Translations under genes and position numbers: made by a program
Part shown: positions 1-12,051 of the stretch, piece by piece
Layout: the number at the start of each line of letters is the position of its first letter
How positions within the stretch are numbered: position 1 is the first letter of the stretch
The notes under the pieces: model-generated
Told to the model about the DNA's origin: nothing
Databases searched by the model: none
What the model saw: the letters and a program-made list of their open reading frames with translations, nothing else
Origin: Eledone cirrhosa
Lineage: Eukaryota
Length of the DNA stretch: 64,000 nucleotides
Direction: 5' to 3'
Assembly: GCA_964016885.1 (NCBI GenBank)
Contig: OZ024741.1
Span: forward strand, 208,258,001 to 208,322,000

Positions 1-840
1 CATAATTTCATCCTTCAAGTTGGCAAGTTCATTCTCATTCATTTCTTTATCATTTACGATCTCATTATTTTCATTTGGAGTTTCATCTTGAGCATGCATT
101 ACCTCCACTTTTTCGATCCTTTCTTTAATTTGTTGTTGCCAGTGATTCCGCCCCAACCCTGGGATTCGAAGTGTTACAATTTACCTCGTTTTCACTGACA
201 CATGTTTCATTTTCCCTTCGCTGACTTTGTGCTAATAGCTTGATCTGATCAATTTCTATATCAGTTAGTAACTTTTTTCTTACAATATTTCTTCGTATAT
301 TGGCTAGTTTGTTACTGTCAATATAGCCTCTGTTTTCGGGATGTTTCTTTTTCCAGTTGATATATGTCTGTTCTGTATTCGATGTATTTGATGGGTAGTA
401 CATGGCAGTGTAGAAAGCCTCAAGGACTTCTTTATTATCTTCCCTTGACCATTTTCTCTCTTTTTCTTTGGATTTCTTGGTGGTGAGCATGGGGGGCCAA
501 CAGTAGGAGTATTCCGGTTATGGGAGGTCTCCAGCTCCGAAGTGATGAGAAGGTTTGAACCATTAGCTGATTTTTCGGCCCCAGTCTGGTTCCTCTCTGA
601 GGGACGCGGCCCTTTTTTACCCGGGTGACGGCCGATCCGGTATGAGATTTTATCATTAGACATTTACTTTATTTTGTCGCGTTTTATCCTTATCCGCCAA
701 GGGGTAATCATTTCGTGTTACCACTTCTAGAACGAGTGTCAACCAAGACTAGAGGGGTCGTTCTCCCCTAGAGACACGGCTATTCCCCGCCGGCCGCCAT
801 CCCGGTATTTCTTGGTCACGGGGTTTTCTTTTTGTTGGTT
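1..840 (-). mobile_element. 5' end of an R4/Dong-like (RLE) non-LTR retrotransposon: GC-rich 5' UTR plus frameshifted ORF N-terminus (663..125); body lies off-window
   Basis: ORF 125..490 'RKWSREDNKEVLEAFY...WKKKHP...IDSNKLANIRRNIVRKKLLTDIEI' resembles the N-terminal domain of R4/Dong ORFs; upstream ATG at 663 is in another frame. Confidence 0.65.
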
Positions 841-842
841 TT

Positions 843-1800
843 TTAAATTGTTATTATAATGACTGGTTCCTTAATGTGAGCATTGCGTGGCTTAAGAATG
901 AAATTATTAATAATTGTCTCCACTCCAGGCACAAGGCCAGCAATCACCCAGTGCATTACAATAATATAATATACTTTTTGCTGAAGTTGCCTGTTATTGT
1001 TGTTGGCTATGTCGGTGGTGGTGCTGGGGCATTTTATATTGTTGGTGAGGAAGGGGTGAGCCAGCAGTGCCATAGTTGTTGATGTTGACGTTTGGCCGGT
1101 GGCCAGGTCACTAAGTCAATCTATTTATATATTTTGCTAGCCTCTCCCTTGTCTAGTGATACCGCCACCTCCCCTTTCTCTCTCAAGTTAACAGGGGAAT
1201 AGTGGTGGTAGCACTGAAGGAGTGGTAGCGGCGGTGATGGGATAGTGGTAGCAAAGATGGATGGAGTGGTGGCGGCGGTGGCGTTGTCGTTACTGAGTTT
1301 TGTGATATGTAGTATCTATGAGTTTGTGTCGCGTTGTTTAATATATATTGTGTTGACATATTCCCGTAAAATTGGAATTAAACATTTTGTTAAAACTTGA
1401 GACAATAATAATAGTAATTATTATTATGATGCTGGGATTGGTGGTGGTGGTGGTGAAATTGCCGTTTTCTGGCTGTTATATTTAGTGTGATGGGGTAGGT
1501 GGTGTATCAAGTTGCTGGTGTTGGTGAAATTGCTGTTATTTGGCTGTTCTATATAGTGTAGACAGAGGGTGTTTTCTTCCATTTATAACCATTTTCTTTT
1601 TTGAATACAAAATATATAATACAAAATTGAATATTTGAGCGATATAACAATATAATATGGATCCGAAATTTTATGGGACTTGATTCGGTGGTTTATGCAA
1701 CATTTGTACTAAGAATTGTTATTTCACAATTGATTTAAATATGTTAAAAATCAAAAACTTACGGGAGCGATTTCATGACCTTCTACCACCACGTGCCTCT
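843..1800 (-). mobile_element. Probable decayed 5'/ORF1 low-complexity remnant of a Tx1-like LINE
   Basis: CAA/CAC-rich minus-strand composition like the ORF1 N-termini at 2056 and 13860; no conserved domain seen. Confidence 0.3.
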
Positions 1801-1807
1801 TCTTCCC

Positions 1808-1839
<32 letters not shown>
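1808..1839 (+). repeat. (TTA)n microsatellite at the 5' junction of Tx1 copy A
   Basis: Directly visible. Confidence 0.95.
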
Positions 1840-2055
1840 GAATGCTATGGTTGACGGAGGCTCGGCTCTGTAAGGTATTGTAAATTTTGAATGCTATAAC
1901 AATTGTAAATTGTTTAAAACTTTAACGAACTTGTAGATAAAAACACCCTCCTCCCCGTGAGAGGGGTCTTTCTGCCCGTTATTTGGCACTTCGTGGTTAA
2001 ATAACTGCTTATTGGGGTTTTGTGCCCAATATTTATTTTAAACAAAAAAAACAAC

Positions 2056-4094
2056 ATGGCTACGAAAAAGAATTTTCATAGGTCACTCCCACTCATTCCG
2101 TCTTCTTCTTCCCCAATCATCACTACAGCAGAGAGAAGATTGTCTCTCTCCCTCCATTCTTTAAATGTGTCTCTCTCCCTCCCTTCTCTTTCGCAAGCGA
2201 CGACAGAAAAGAAAAGTCTCGTGCAAAGCGTGCAAGATTTCTCCACGACGACGACGACAACGACGAAACAGGTGTGCAGGAAATACGAAAACCCATTTCA
2301 TTCGTCTGACGTCAGGAATAATAACAGTAGCAGCCGTAATAACAACAGCAACAGTGACAATGAAAACAACAGTAGCAGCCGCTACAGCATCACCAGCAGC
2401 ATAAACAACAACAGCATTAGCAGCAGCAACACCAACAACAACCACAGCAACAGCGGCGGAGGCAGTAGTCGTAGTACCTGCAGCAACAACAAAAGTAACA
2501 GCAGCTCTGACGACGACAACAACAACAGCAGCAAAGAAAAACCAATCTCATTTGCAGGTATTGCGAAGAACCTGGAAACAATCCTCATAACAAATGAGGA
2601 ATTAGAGGAAGCGAAGAAGATGGTGACAAAGACTCGACACCGAGCAATCTGCAAGGCAGCGGAAATATTTTTCGAAACCCAACAGCACTGTACGGTCACG
2701 TACCGTACAGTAAGTACAAAATCCCGTAGGGTTGAAAGGGCCACAGAGGCTCAAATACAAAAAGCCTTGGGGTCTGTGTGGCAGCGGAAAACGCACATCA
2801 ACCGAGGCAAAAAATATGCCACCGTAGACGTACTTTTTGCCACACCCCAGGAGGCAAAGGCTCAATCCGTAGTGACCCTAAGGAGCGAGGAAATGGTGTT
2901 GGTGCCCTCCTACTGCGGGCAAGAAATTGTGAGGGTCAAACTGACCCACGTCCCCCCCCCCCCCGGATGGGACCTTCGTGGCTGGCCGCGTCTATCCTCG
3001 TCGGAATCGAGGACAAAACAACTCTACTGCAAGTACAGAAAAAAGTAAGAGAAGATTGGGTCGGCACCTCCATTGAGATGCTAATCCAAACCAACCAGGA
3101 GTGCATCGAAGCTATCCCGGATGTGATAGACTTCGATAACGGCACTCAACTGCCCATAAGTGTTGAGGGCAAACGCCCGAAATGCTTTTGCTGTGGATCG
3201 AAGACTCACCTCAGGGCCTTGTGCAAGGAGAAGACCCTGAGAAAGGAGAAAACCCCCCTCCTTCCGAAACCGGCTCCACGGCTATCAGCAACAGGACAAG
3301 CGGCAACCAAGAACGATAGGTTCGTGGCACCCATACCCACGCCACGGAAATCAAAAACAGCAGCAGCAGTGGAAATATTAACAACAACAACAGCAATACC
3401 AAATGCAGCTGCAACAGAGACTCTAGTGCAAACATCACCAACAACAACAAGTCAAAGAGTGGAGCTGGTACCACTCCCCGACCTCACAGAATCAGACACG
3501 GAGTGTGAGGTGGGAGAAGGATGGCAAAAGGTCGTAAGTAGGCACAAACGCAGAAGCAGCGCATCGTCGCCTTTGAAAAGGGAGGAAAGAAATGAGAAAA
3601 GGGTAAAGTCTACTGCAAAGAGACTCACAGCAGCAACACCCTCAACACCACCACCACAAGCACCAACATCGTAAACACAACAACAAAACACACACACCCA
3701 GCAACAACGACAAGAAAATAGCAGAACCACACCCCACCCCCAGAAAAACAAATGCACGGCAATAAATACACACAACAAGAAACTAATGACTTACATAATT
3801 GAACACACATACATTTCACAACACGACTACATAATACCAGCACCAATCAAAACGCCAACTAACATAAGACTGCTAAAAATAGCACAGAAACAATACACAA
3901 ACATTAAAACGAAATTCCCCAACATAGTTGGTGATTTCAGGGACCTAGGAGAAACTATCAATCGAAGAGTATATTCGGACATACTCATAGAAGAGCCGAC
4001 GACCAGCCGAAGGGACGATTCAACGGTCCCTTCACCAGACGATCAAGTGAAAAGGGATGGAGAAAACATCCTTCCTCTACGAAAAGTACGGTAA
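2056..4094 (+). pseudogene. Tx1 ORF1 (Ser/Asn-rich N-terminus, RRM-like region, zinc knuckle CFCCGSKTHLRALC, Thr-rich linker); frameshifted at the poly-C near 2952 and near 3670
   Basis: ORFs 2020..3048, 2778..3674 and 3786..4094; homologous pieces in the other copies. Confidence 0.85.
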
Positions 4095-4129
4095 GTGGTC
4101 TTTCCCATATTTTCCACTCTATTTTAAAC

Positions 4130-7100
4130 ATGACCTCACTAAGAATAGGCAGCATAAATGCGCGTGGCTTGGGGTCGTCATGGAAGCAGGGCCACCTGCT
4201 CAACGACCTCAGGTCACTAAACATAGATGTAGTGGCCATCAGCGAGACCAGAATCTCCGAAGCACGGGCCTTCGCACAGATCTTCGGCGGCTACGATGTG
4301 TACGCATCCCCCAGCCGTCCTGGATCGGGGGAGGAGTTGCTGTGCTTTTCGGAGAGGTTTGGATCTCGCCATACAGGCCATCTACCTGGACCCAGAGGGT
4401 AAGCTGGTGGTGCTGGACATGACCAGTGGAGACGGGCAAGCTTTCAGGCTAGTGGCCGTCTATGCCCCGACAGGAGCAGGGCGGCCTGATTTCTTCCGGC
4501 GTCTGGAGACCTTTCTTGGAACGTCCCGCTCTTTAGTGTTAGTGGACGACTGGAACGGGATCTTAGATGCACGCTGGGACTGTGTGGGATTAGCGGATAG
4601 GGGAGGAGGGTGCAAGAGCCTCACCAACCTGCTCAGGCGTTTTGAACTGTCTGACAGGTACCGATTGGATTTCCCGAATGTGCCAATGTGGACTTGGAAA
4701 AATCGCATAGGGTCATCCAGATCATATCTAGATAGAGTATTTTGTAGAGAAATAGATAGGTCTAGCATAGGCTGTCCACAATTCAAGATAGTCAGCTACA
4801 CGGACCACAAATTCGTGATCTGTGTGCTTGACTTAGATAGGCTTCATAGACGATGACCCGGCTATTGAAGCTAAACGCATCCTTACCAGCGCGCAAGGCC
4901 TACAGAGACCGGATTAGCGAACTAGTTAAGCAGGCGTTGACGGGGCCCATCGTCAACAACAAGTGGTGGTTTGCTCTAAAAAGAGCAATTAGATAGAGTC
5001 CATTAGGTTTAGTAAGGCTTTAGAAATAGAGAAAAATAGAGCAGAGGGAGAATTAGTTAGAAAATTAGACGAGGCACTTAGCTAAGGCATCGCGACCGAC
5101 GTACTTGCGGCGAAATTGGCCCTTGAGCAATTCTTCAATGCAAAGATGCGTTGTCAGAGCTAGGGTGCGTGCTCTTAGACACGAGGCGACGAAAGCTGTT
5201 CAATGGGCCCGAGTGGGGGAGGTGCGTCGTGGCAACAAAGCCACGATCCTTCATTTTGGTGGACCACGACGGGCGCATGCTACTCGATCCCGGGAAAATG
5301 TGAGATGGACTTTAGTGTCTACCTCGATGGACTGCCGCGGCTCTCGGCCACTGAGGCGGAGTGTTGCGAAAAGCCGATAACAGCCGCTGAAGTACGGGAG
5401 GCAATGACTAGCTGCACAAGGGATAAATCGCCTAGTTTGGATGGTCTGCCCTATGAACTTTACGTACAGATGCCAGACTTGTTCGGAGGCCTCTTGGCAG
5501 ACGTCTACTGCAACTGGCAACAGAACGGGAGAATTCCCAGCTCTGTGAGCCGAGGAGCTGTGACGCTACTGAGAAAGGATCCGAACAAGGGGGATAACAT
5601 AGATAATTTTAGACCCATAACTCTGCTAAACACAGAGTTCAAGATTTTGGCCAAGGTGCTAGCAAAGACGTTGGCGCTTGTCGTTAGTGGTCTGGTGGGA
5701 GAGGCTCAGACATGCGCCATTCCCGACAGATCCATCCACGACAACCTCCACCTCATGCGATACATCGTAGAGAGGGTAGCAATTTAGATCAGTCGAAAGC
5801 TTTCGTTAGGGTCGACCATCGTTACTTAGCGGCAGTCCTGAGGGCGGTTGACTTTGGGCCCGTCTTCAGAGGCTGGATCGCTGCCATGCACAGCGAAATC
5901 TGCTCTGTGGTGAGAGTGAACAGTCACCTTTCGGAACCGTTCAACATCATGCGCTCGGCCGCCAAGGTTGTCCCCTCTCGTCCCTCTTGTACGTATTGAG
6001 TCTAGAGCCATTACTGCACAAACTGGAGACGTTGAGGGGCGTCCCGCGCGAAATAGGATGCGGAAGATCCGTGTCAGCATATGCGGACGATGTCACCGTA
6101 GTGGTGTCGAACGCCAAACACATCGAGGCGAACGGCACTACACTAAAAGGATACGAAGCGGTGACAGGAGCAATGATCAACCAGGAAAAGTCAGGGGGCC
6201 TGCATCTCGGCACCTGGAGAGGCAGGTCCATGCCGTCCAACAGCGTCGTCGGGCGCTGGACGGACGGACCAGTTAAATTGCTAGGATTCTGGTTCGGTCC
6301 GGATCTCCAGACGGACAAAAACTGGGACGAGGTGACGAGCAGGGGGGCTTCTCTCATCCAGAAATGGGCCGAGAGGAAGCTATACCTGAAAGGTCGAGCG
6401 GAGGAGGCTAACGCGTATATCGCGTCCGTCATCTACTACCGCCTGACCGTCGTACCTTGTCCTAAGCCCCGCCTGACTGCGCTGGAGCGTTTGCTCTTTC
6501 GCTTTTTGTGGAAGGGACGCGCTCTGATGGTCAGGCGCTCCTCTGCTGTCAACACCCGCTACGTGGAGGGCTGGGAATGCCGTGGCTGATGATGCGCAGA
6601 CACGCGCTCAGGCTACGACATCTCCACCTCTTCCTCGACGGTGCTCAGGTGCGGTCTCCGTTTGCTAGACGCGTCTTTACCAGCTCGTCTCCTTGACGGA
6701 GCTGCAGTCCTGGGTCAAGCGAAGACCGAGAGGGAGCGCTTGGACACTGGAATGTCTTCACGCGCTCACAGCCCTCGACCAATCGGGCAATGTGATCGGT
6801 GGAAACTCCACCTTGGCGTTCTATAGAGGATTAGTTGGGGGGGGGGGAAGAGCGATGACGTACTTGGGGAAACTCTAGGCGTCGACGAAAAACAACTAGC
6901 CAATCTCTTCGGAAGAACTTTCGGGCCAGGGCCTATGGACAACTTCCAGAAATCCCTAGCCTGGCAGTGCTACCGAGGAACTTTGCCAATTCGGGATAAA
7001 CTCTACAGGCATGGAGGTGCCGTCAGCCGGGCATATCCGAGATGCGAGCAGGTCGACGAAACCGTCCTGCACGCACTCGTCCTGTGTCCGAGCTTTGCTG

Positions 7101-7414
7101 ACTTGTGGGTTTATGTCGAACACCTTGTGTCGCGTGTGGGACGGATCCAGCTATCAGCTGAGTCCATCGTGAGGATTGCCCCGCTCTCTTCCTTTAGCCG
7201 GGAAGGGCAGGCAGTTTTTATCTGTCTGGTGGCCATGGCGAAAGAGATATTATGGTGGACACGTTTGAAAGGGCTGAAGACGAGCACTTACCTCTTCGGT
7301 GATGCCCTGATTAACTTTTTCAAATTTCATTTGAAAAGGAAAATCAGGGTAGAAAGGGAAGTGCTCTCTTCCCAGCATTTTGTTGAAAGATGGGTGAGAG
7401 TGTCTGTAAATTAA
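4130..7414 (+). pseudogene. Tx1 ORF2: APE endonuclease + reverse transcriptase, multiple stops and frameshifts
   Basis: Motifs SINARGL, SYLDRVF, TDH, NFRPITLLNTEFKILAK, DQSKAF, YADDV, ETVLHALVLC. Confidence 0.93.
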
Positions 7415-7657
7415 AGATGGAAAACTGGGAGAGGGCACTTGCCCTGGTGGTCAGGGTCACTGTGGCTTTTTAATGGGCTTTCTCCACGAATGTCCCTCGG
7501 AAGTCTCCCCTTATTGGGGAATTTTTTCATTGTTCTATTATTACATCCTCTGTTTCTTGTTTTTTTTACACGCAGAAATGCCCATTTGTACCGCCCTGTA
7601 TTATCCTGTACTGTCCTTACTGTCTACTTATGTAAACCCTTGTGGTTAATAAAGAAA

Positions 7658-7659
<2 letters not shown>

Positions 7660-7719
<60 letters not shown>
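7660..7719 (+). repeat. (TTA)n microsatellite shared as 3' tail by Tx1 copy A (+) and the Dong-like element (-)
   Basis: Directly visible. Confidence 0.95.
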
Positions 7720-7720
<1 letters not shown>

Positions 7721-10372
7721 GTAACGCTTTTTACCTGGCATATGTTATACCGACACTATACCGAAAGAGCGAGCCATAGCCAATGGCCAAATGTTCTTTG
7801 TCCTTCTATTTCAATTTTCTAACACCTTCCTTAGAATCCTTGTAGTTCCTAGCAAATCTCTTTTCTGCATAATCCCGCCTTGATGGTAATTCCTAGCTTC
7901 TCAAGCCATGCATCCAACCTTTTGCTAATTGCTGCCGGTGCGCCAACCACAATCGGTAATACTTCTATGTGTCTGATTCTCCATAGTTTTCTGATTAGCC
8001 TCTTTAGCTGCTGGTATTTCTCATCAGGATACAAACAACAGAAAATGTCTTTGCAAGGTTTTTAAATTGATAATACCATTCTCAGGACATGGACTGACCC
8101 AGTCAGCATTATTTCTGTATTGACTGCAGGGATGGCTTTCCAGGTATCCGGTCAAAATATTTTTCACTACCCTTTTTTATCATTCCAAGTGCGCCGACTA
8201 AAACTGGTTTTGTACAGGCCTTAAAATGCTACATGTTCCCAAATTCAATTAATAGATCTTTATATTTACAGAGCTGTCTGAACTCTTTCGAAGAGATGTT
8301 ACGATCTGATGAAATGTTCTTGCCAATTAAGAAACATGTTTTCTCTTTATAGTCCTTCACAATTATATCAGATCTGTTGACCTTGATTGTTCTGTCAGTA
8401 TTTACATGGAAATCCCAGAGGATTGTTACGTTCTCGCCTCCTGATACTGCATTTGGGTGATAGTTGTACCATGTTCTCTCTGTTTACAGATCATAAAATA
8501 TGTACACTATCCAGTGTAGGTATAGCCCTACTCTACTATGCCTTGTTTTATATTACTGGGGAGCTAATATTTGGCAGCCTGAAACCAGTTGGTCAATGGT
8601 TTCAATATAGTCATCAAAGAATCGACACCTTTGATCCATTCCATTTCTTATCACATTGTTTTGAAAGTTGCACGTTGGGAGACAATGGTCTTGTGCAGCC
8701 AAAATGAAGCCTCACTCTTTGCCTTTATCCCGGAACTCCTCAGCCACTGATGGGTGAGTGCTTGAACTATATCAGGTTCTTTGCTTCAGGGAACATACTG
8801 CCCCGACAGCGATTATTGCTCTCATTTAGTGCAGTCTCTGTTGGCCTTCATGTTTTGCCAACACTTTGATATTGTTTGTGGCTTTAATTGCAGAATCACC
8901 CTTATTTTCAAACTCTATTTCCAGTTCTTCCGCAAACTTCCCACTTTCCTTCGTGACTGCATATAACCTTTTCTTCATTTCGTAAAAAGCGACAATTTTC
9001 ATCATCCTGTCATCTGTCGTTTTAAGGGTCGATATCCTGTATGAAAGCTCTACCCTCATTTTGTTAGGGAGATAGAGGCAATCCACATCTGCCTTGGGGT
9101 GATGTGTTCTATTTCAGGTCAAAAGTTTCCTAATTTTGATGTCCATTCTCTTAATTTCGTTAACGTTCCTATTCATAATATTGAAAATGAAGGTAACAAA
9201 TGGGAGCGCATTTATGGCAGATAATTTATTTCTCGAGTTAAGCTCCGTTTTCAAGACAACATGCACTCTCCAGTAGTATTCCTTCCTGAATCTCTCTTTC
9301 ATGCTGGCGTGGTGAATACCTTAGCCTTCATTGATACTTTGATATCTGTAGGCTTGTTCCTGTTCTAGTTCCCTAATTACTGTATTCACATCTATTTCCA
9401 TTGAGTTTCTGCTTGTCATTCTGCTTTTATTGAATGTTGCTTTGGCTCATTTTTCCAGTCCAAACAACATCCCCATATCATTGCTGATCATTTTGACTGT
9501 CTTCAGCAGTCCTTCCAGTTCGTTGTCATTTTTGGCATACAGCTTCAAGCCATCCATATAAAACAGGTGATTTATGGTTTTGCTGTCTATTGTGTAGTTA
9601 TATTTCGTTTTGTTGAGCGCTGGAGACAATGAAAATATCAGAAGAGAAAACAAATCACATTGAAAAATACCACAGTTAATACTTATGTTGCTGGAATTTA
9701 TAGTTCCATCCCTGTGTTACAGTAATCGATTTGTGTTCCATATAGACATGTATTTCAGGAAGTTTGATGGCACTGGGGAAATTTTCAGAACTTCCAAAGT
9801 TTTCAAATTCCAGTGCTTTTTTATAATAAACCCCAGCAGTACTCAGACTTCTATTAAGTTTTTTCAGAATCACGTGGTTAACTTGATTAAGTTGGTCTTT
9901 GCAACTGTATGACCCTCGGCGATATCCTTTCTGCTCAATAGGGAAAAGATGATTTTCATCCAGAAATGTGTGGGTTGTCTCAGCCAAGATTGAGGTGATA
10001 ATTTTGTATGATGTGGGAAGGCAAGTGATAGGACGATATTTTTTTAGAATATTGGTTTCTGTCGGTTTTCTCAGGGTTGTACATAATTTCCTTATAACAT
10101 TTGATTGACATATCATCGGTAGATGTTAGCGAAGATAAGCAGAAGTTTGGCACATTATCAATGCCAGATTTCTATTTGTTTGCTTTCTTTAGTTCCAACT
10201 CCAGTTCTTCCATAGTTATATCTGCCTTGCTAAATTATTGTACGTTTCTTCCATGTCCTTTATCCATTCTACATTCGCATTATGAGATTTTTCTGTACTC
10301 CATACTATTTTCCAAAATTCTTCAATTCTATGAATTGAAGGAGGTTCCTTTACTTGAAATATCTATGTCCCG
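7720..10372 (-). mobile_element. Decayed, 5'-truncated R4/Dong-like RLE retrotransposon (RT + restriction-like endonuclease)
   Basis: YRPITCLPTSYKIITSI, EQKGYRRGSYSCKDQL, INHLFYMDGLKLYAK, ELNSRNKLSAIN, EKYQQL...VLPIVVGA; 3' end abuts (TAA)n. Confidence 0.85.
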
Positions 10373-10409
10373 ATTTATTATTATTTTTATTATTATCATT
10401 ATGTATTAT

Positions 10410-12051
10410 TGAGAGCTCCGCAAGGTTGTTAATTTTTCAAAAGTGTTTAAATTGTATTAGTTGTTATATATTTTGCAAAGGGGTCGTAAGACTTCTGACT
10501 TTGCCCTGTGGGAAGAGAGGGACATAATTGTTGGGCCTTTGGGACCAAATATTTGAATTTTATACTTTTTAAATATTAAATCTGTCGTTTCATGAGAGTA
10601 ACTAAAAGTTGAGGGAAGGGTCTCAACAAGCACAATTATGGACAACAGAAAATAATAATTACAAACACAACATGCAACAACGAAATTAGCAACATCACCA
10701 CTAACAACGAGGCACCAACAGCAACACCAAAACAGGTGAAGAGAGAACAGGCAGCAACACAAACTGCAACAAGGAAAACAACAACAACAGCTGCACCAAA
10801 TACAACACCAATAGCAACAACTGCACCAACAAGAGCAACTTGAAGAAGAGTGAAAGCAGCAACAACATCACCAACAATAATGTGACCAGCAACAGCACCG
10901 GCAAGAACAACACACTCAAAATAAGCCATGCTTCACAATTGACCTTTGTCAAAAAGATAAAAAATTGTCCTAGGCATGGAAGTTCATTAAACAAGAGCAA
11001 ACCTGGGTCAAATTAACCGTCCCGGCATTGGCTATACAAGCGGTGGAGAGGAGAACGATGATTTTTAGATGCATTTCAGTGCAGACTCACAACGCCGAGA
11101 TCACTCCGCAAGCCGAAGTTGAATCTGTGCTGAAATGCATCACAGTACATAGCGAGGGGCAAATAATACGGTACCATCCCGGTGCTGTTTAAGTTAGAGG
11201 CCCTCGCTGTGAAACACTCAATGACCACTTAGAAAACGAGTTAGGGGTTTATGTACCCCACCCACATGAGAAGAAGAACAGTGAGATTCCACCAGCACTG
11301 GAATTGTGGTGGCACCTGGTACGTGTGAAGGTGGAGGGGACAGATACCGTCCCGCTCGACTGGTCCGGGGTTGACTTGGAGATACTTCTCCTCATCAGGC
11401 CTAAGGACTTTAGAAAAATTCCGGACCATATCCATCTTCAAAACGGGACGTCACTGCAGATAAAGACTGAGGGCAAAAGACCGCACTGTTTCGTCTGCGG
11501 AGAAACAGCTCATTTGAAAAACTTCTGTCTTCATGTCTTCATCTCAACGTTGACCACCCAGGGGGAAGACGAGGAAAGCTCTTCTACCCTCACCCCCAAA
11601 TACACACACAGAAACAGACACTCCGCCAGAGACAGATACCTCGCCTTCCAGTAGCGAAGGTGAGGCAAAACCAAAAGCAAAGAAATAATAGGTAGCGCAA
11701 GAAAAATAACTCCACACTTCACACACACCCACAACAGAAAATGCAGACACCACGCACACAGCAACACCAACGCCACCCCACCCCCAAGCGAGACAATCAC
11801 AACAAACACTAGAACAAAACAAGATACACGACTTCATGTTAGCAAGTAGGGCCAACAAGGATGTAATGGCTCTGATAGCACGAAGGCAAGAAATAGGAAG
11901 GGGGGCGGGGTATATTTGGAATTAGAACATTTCGCGTGCCAGAAGATTTACTACTGGTACGAATGTCACTCGACTCCTACAGAGGAATTAGAGAGAGCTT
12001 TCCTTCGGACGTAGGAACACCAAATGTGAAAACCATATCAAGACTTTTAAA
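10410..12051 (+). mobile_element. Tx1-like LINE 5' fragment (ORF1 only, decayed)
   Basis: ORF 11304..11654 'IKTEGKRPHCFVCGETAHLKNFC' is homologous to the ORF1 knuckle of copy A. Confidence 0.8.

Larger units (their letters stand above)
1840..7659 (+). mobile_element. Near full-length L1-Tx1-like LINE, copy A (decayed)
   Basis: ORF1 with CCHC knuckle; ORF2 with APE, RT and Cys-rich C-terminus; AATAAA then (TTA)n tail. Confidence 0.92.
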
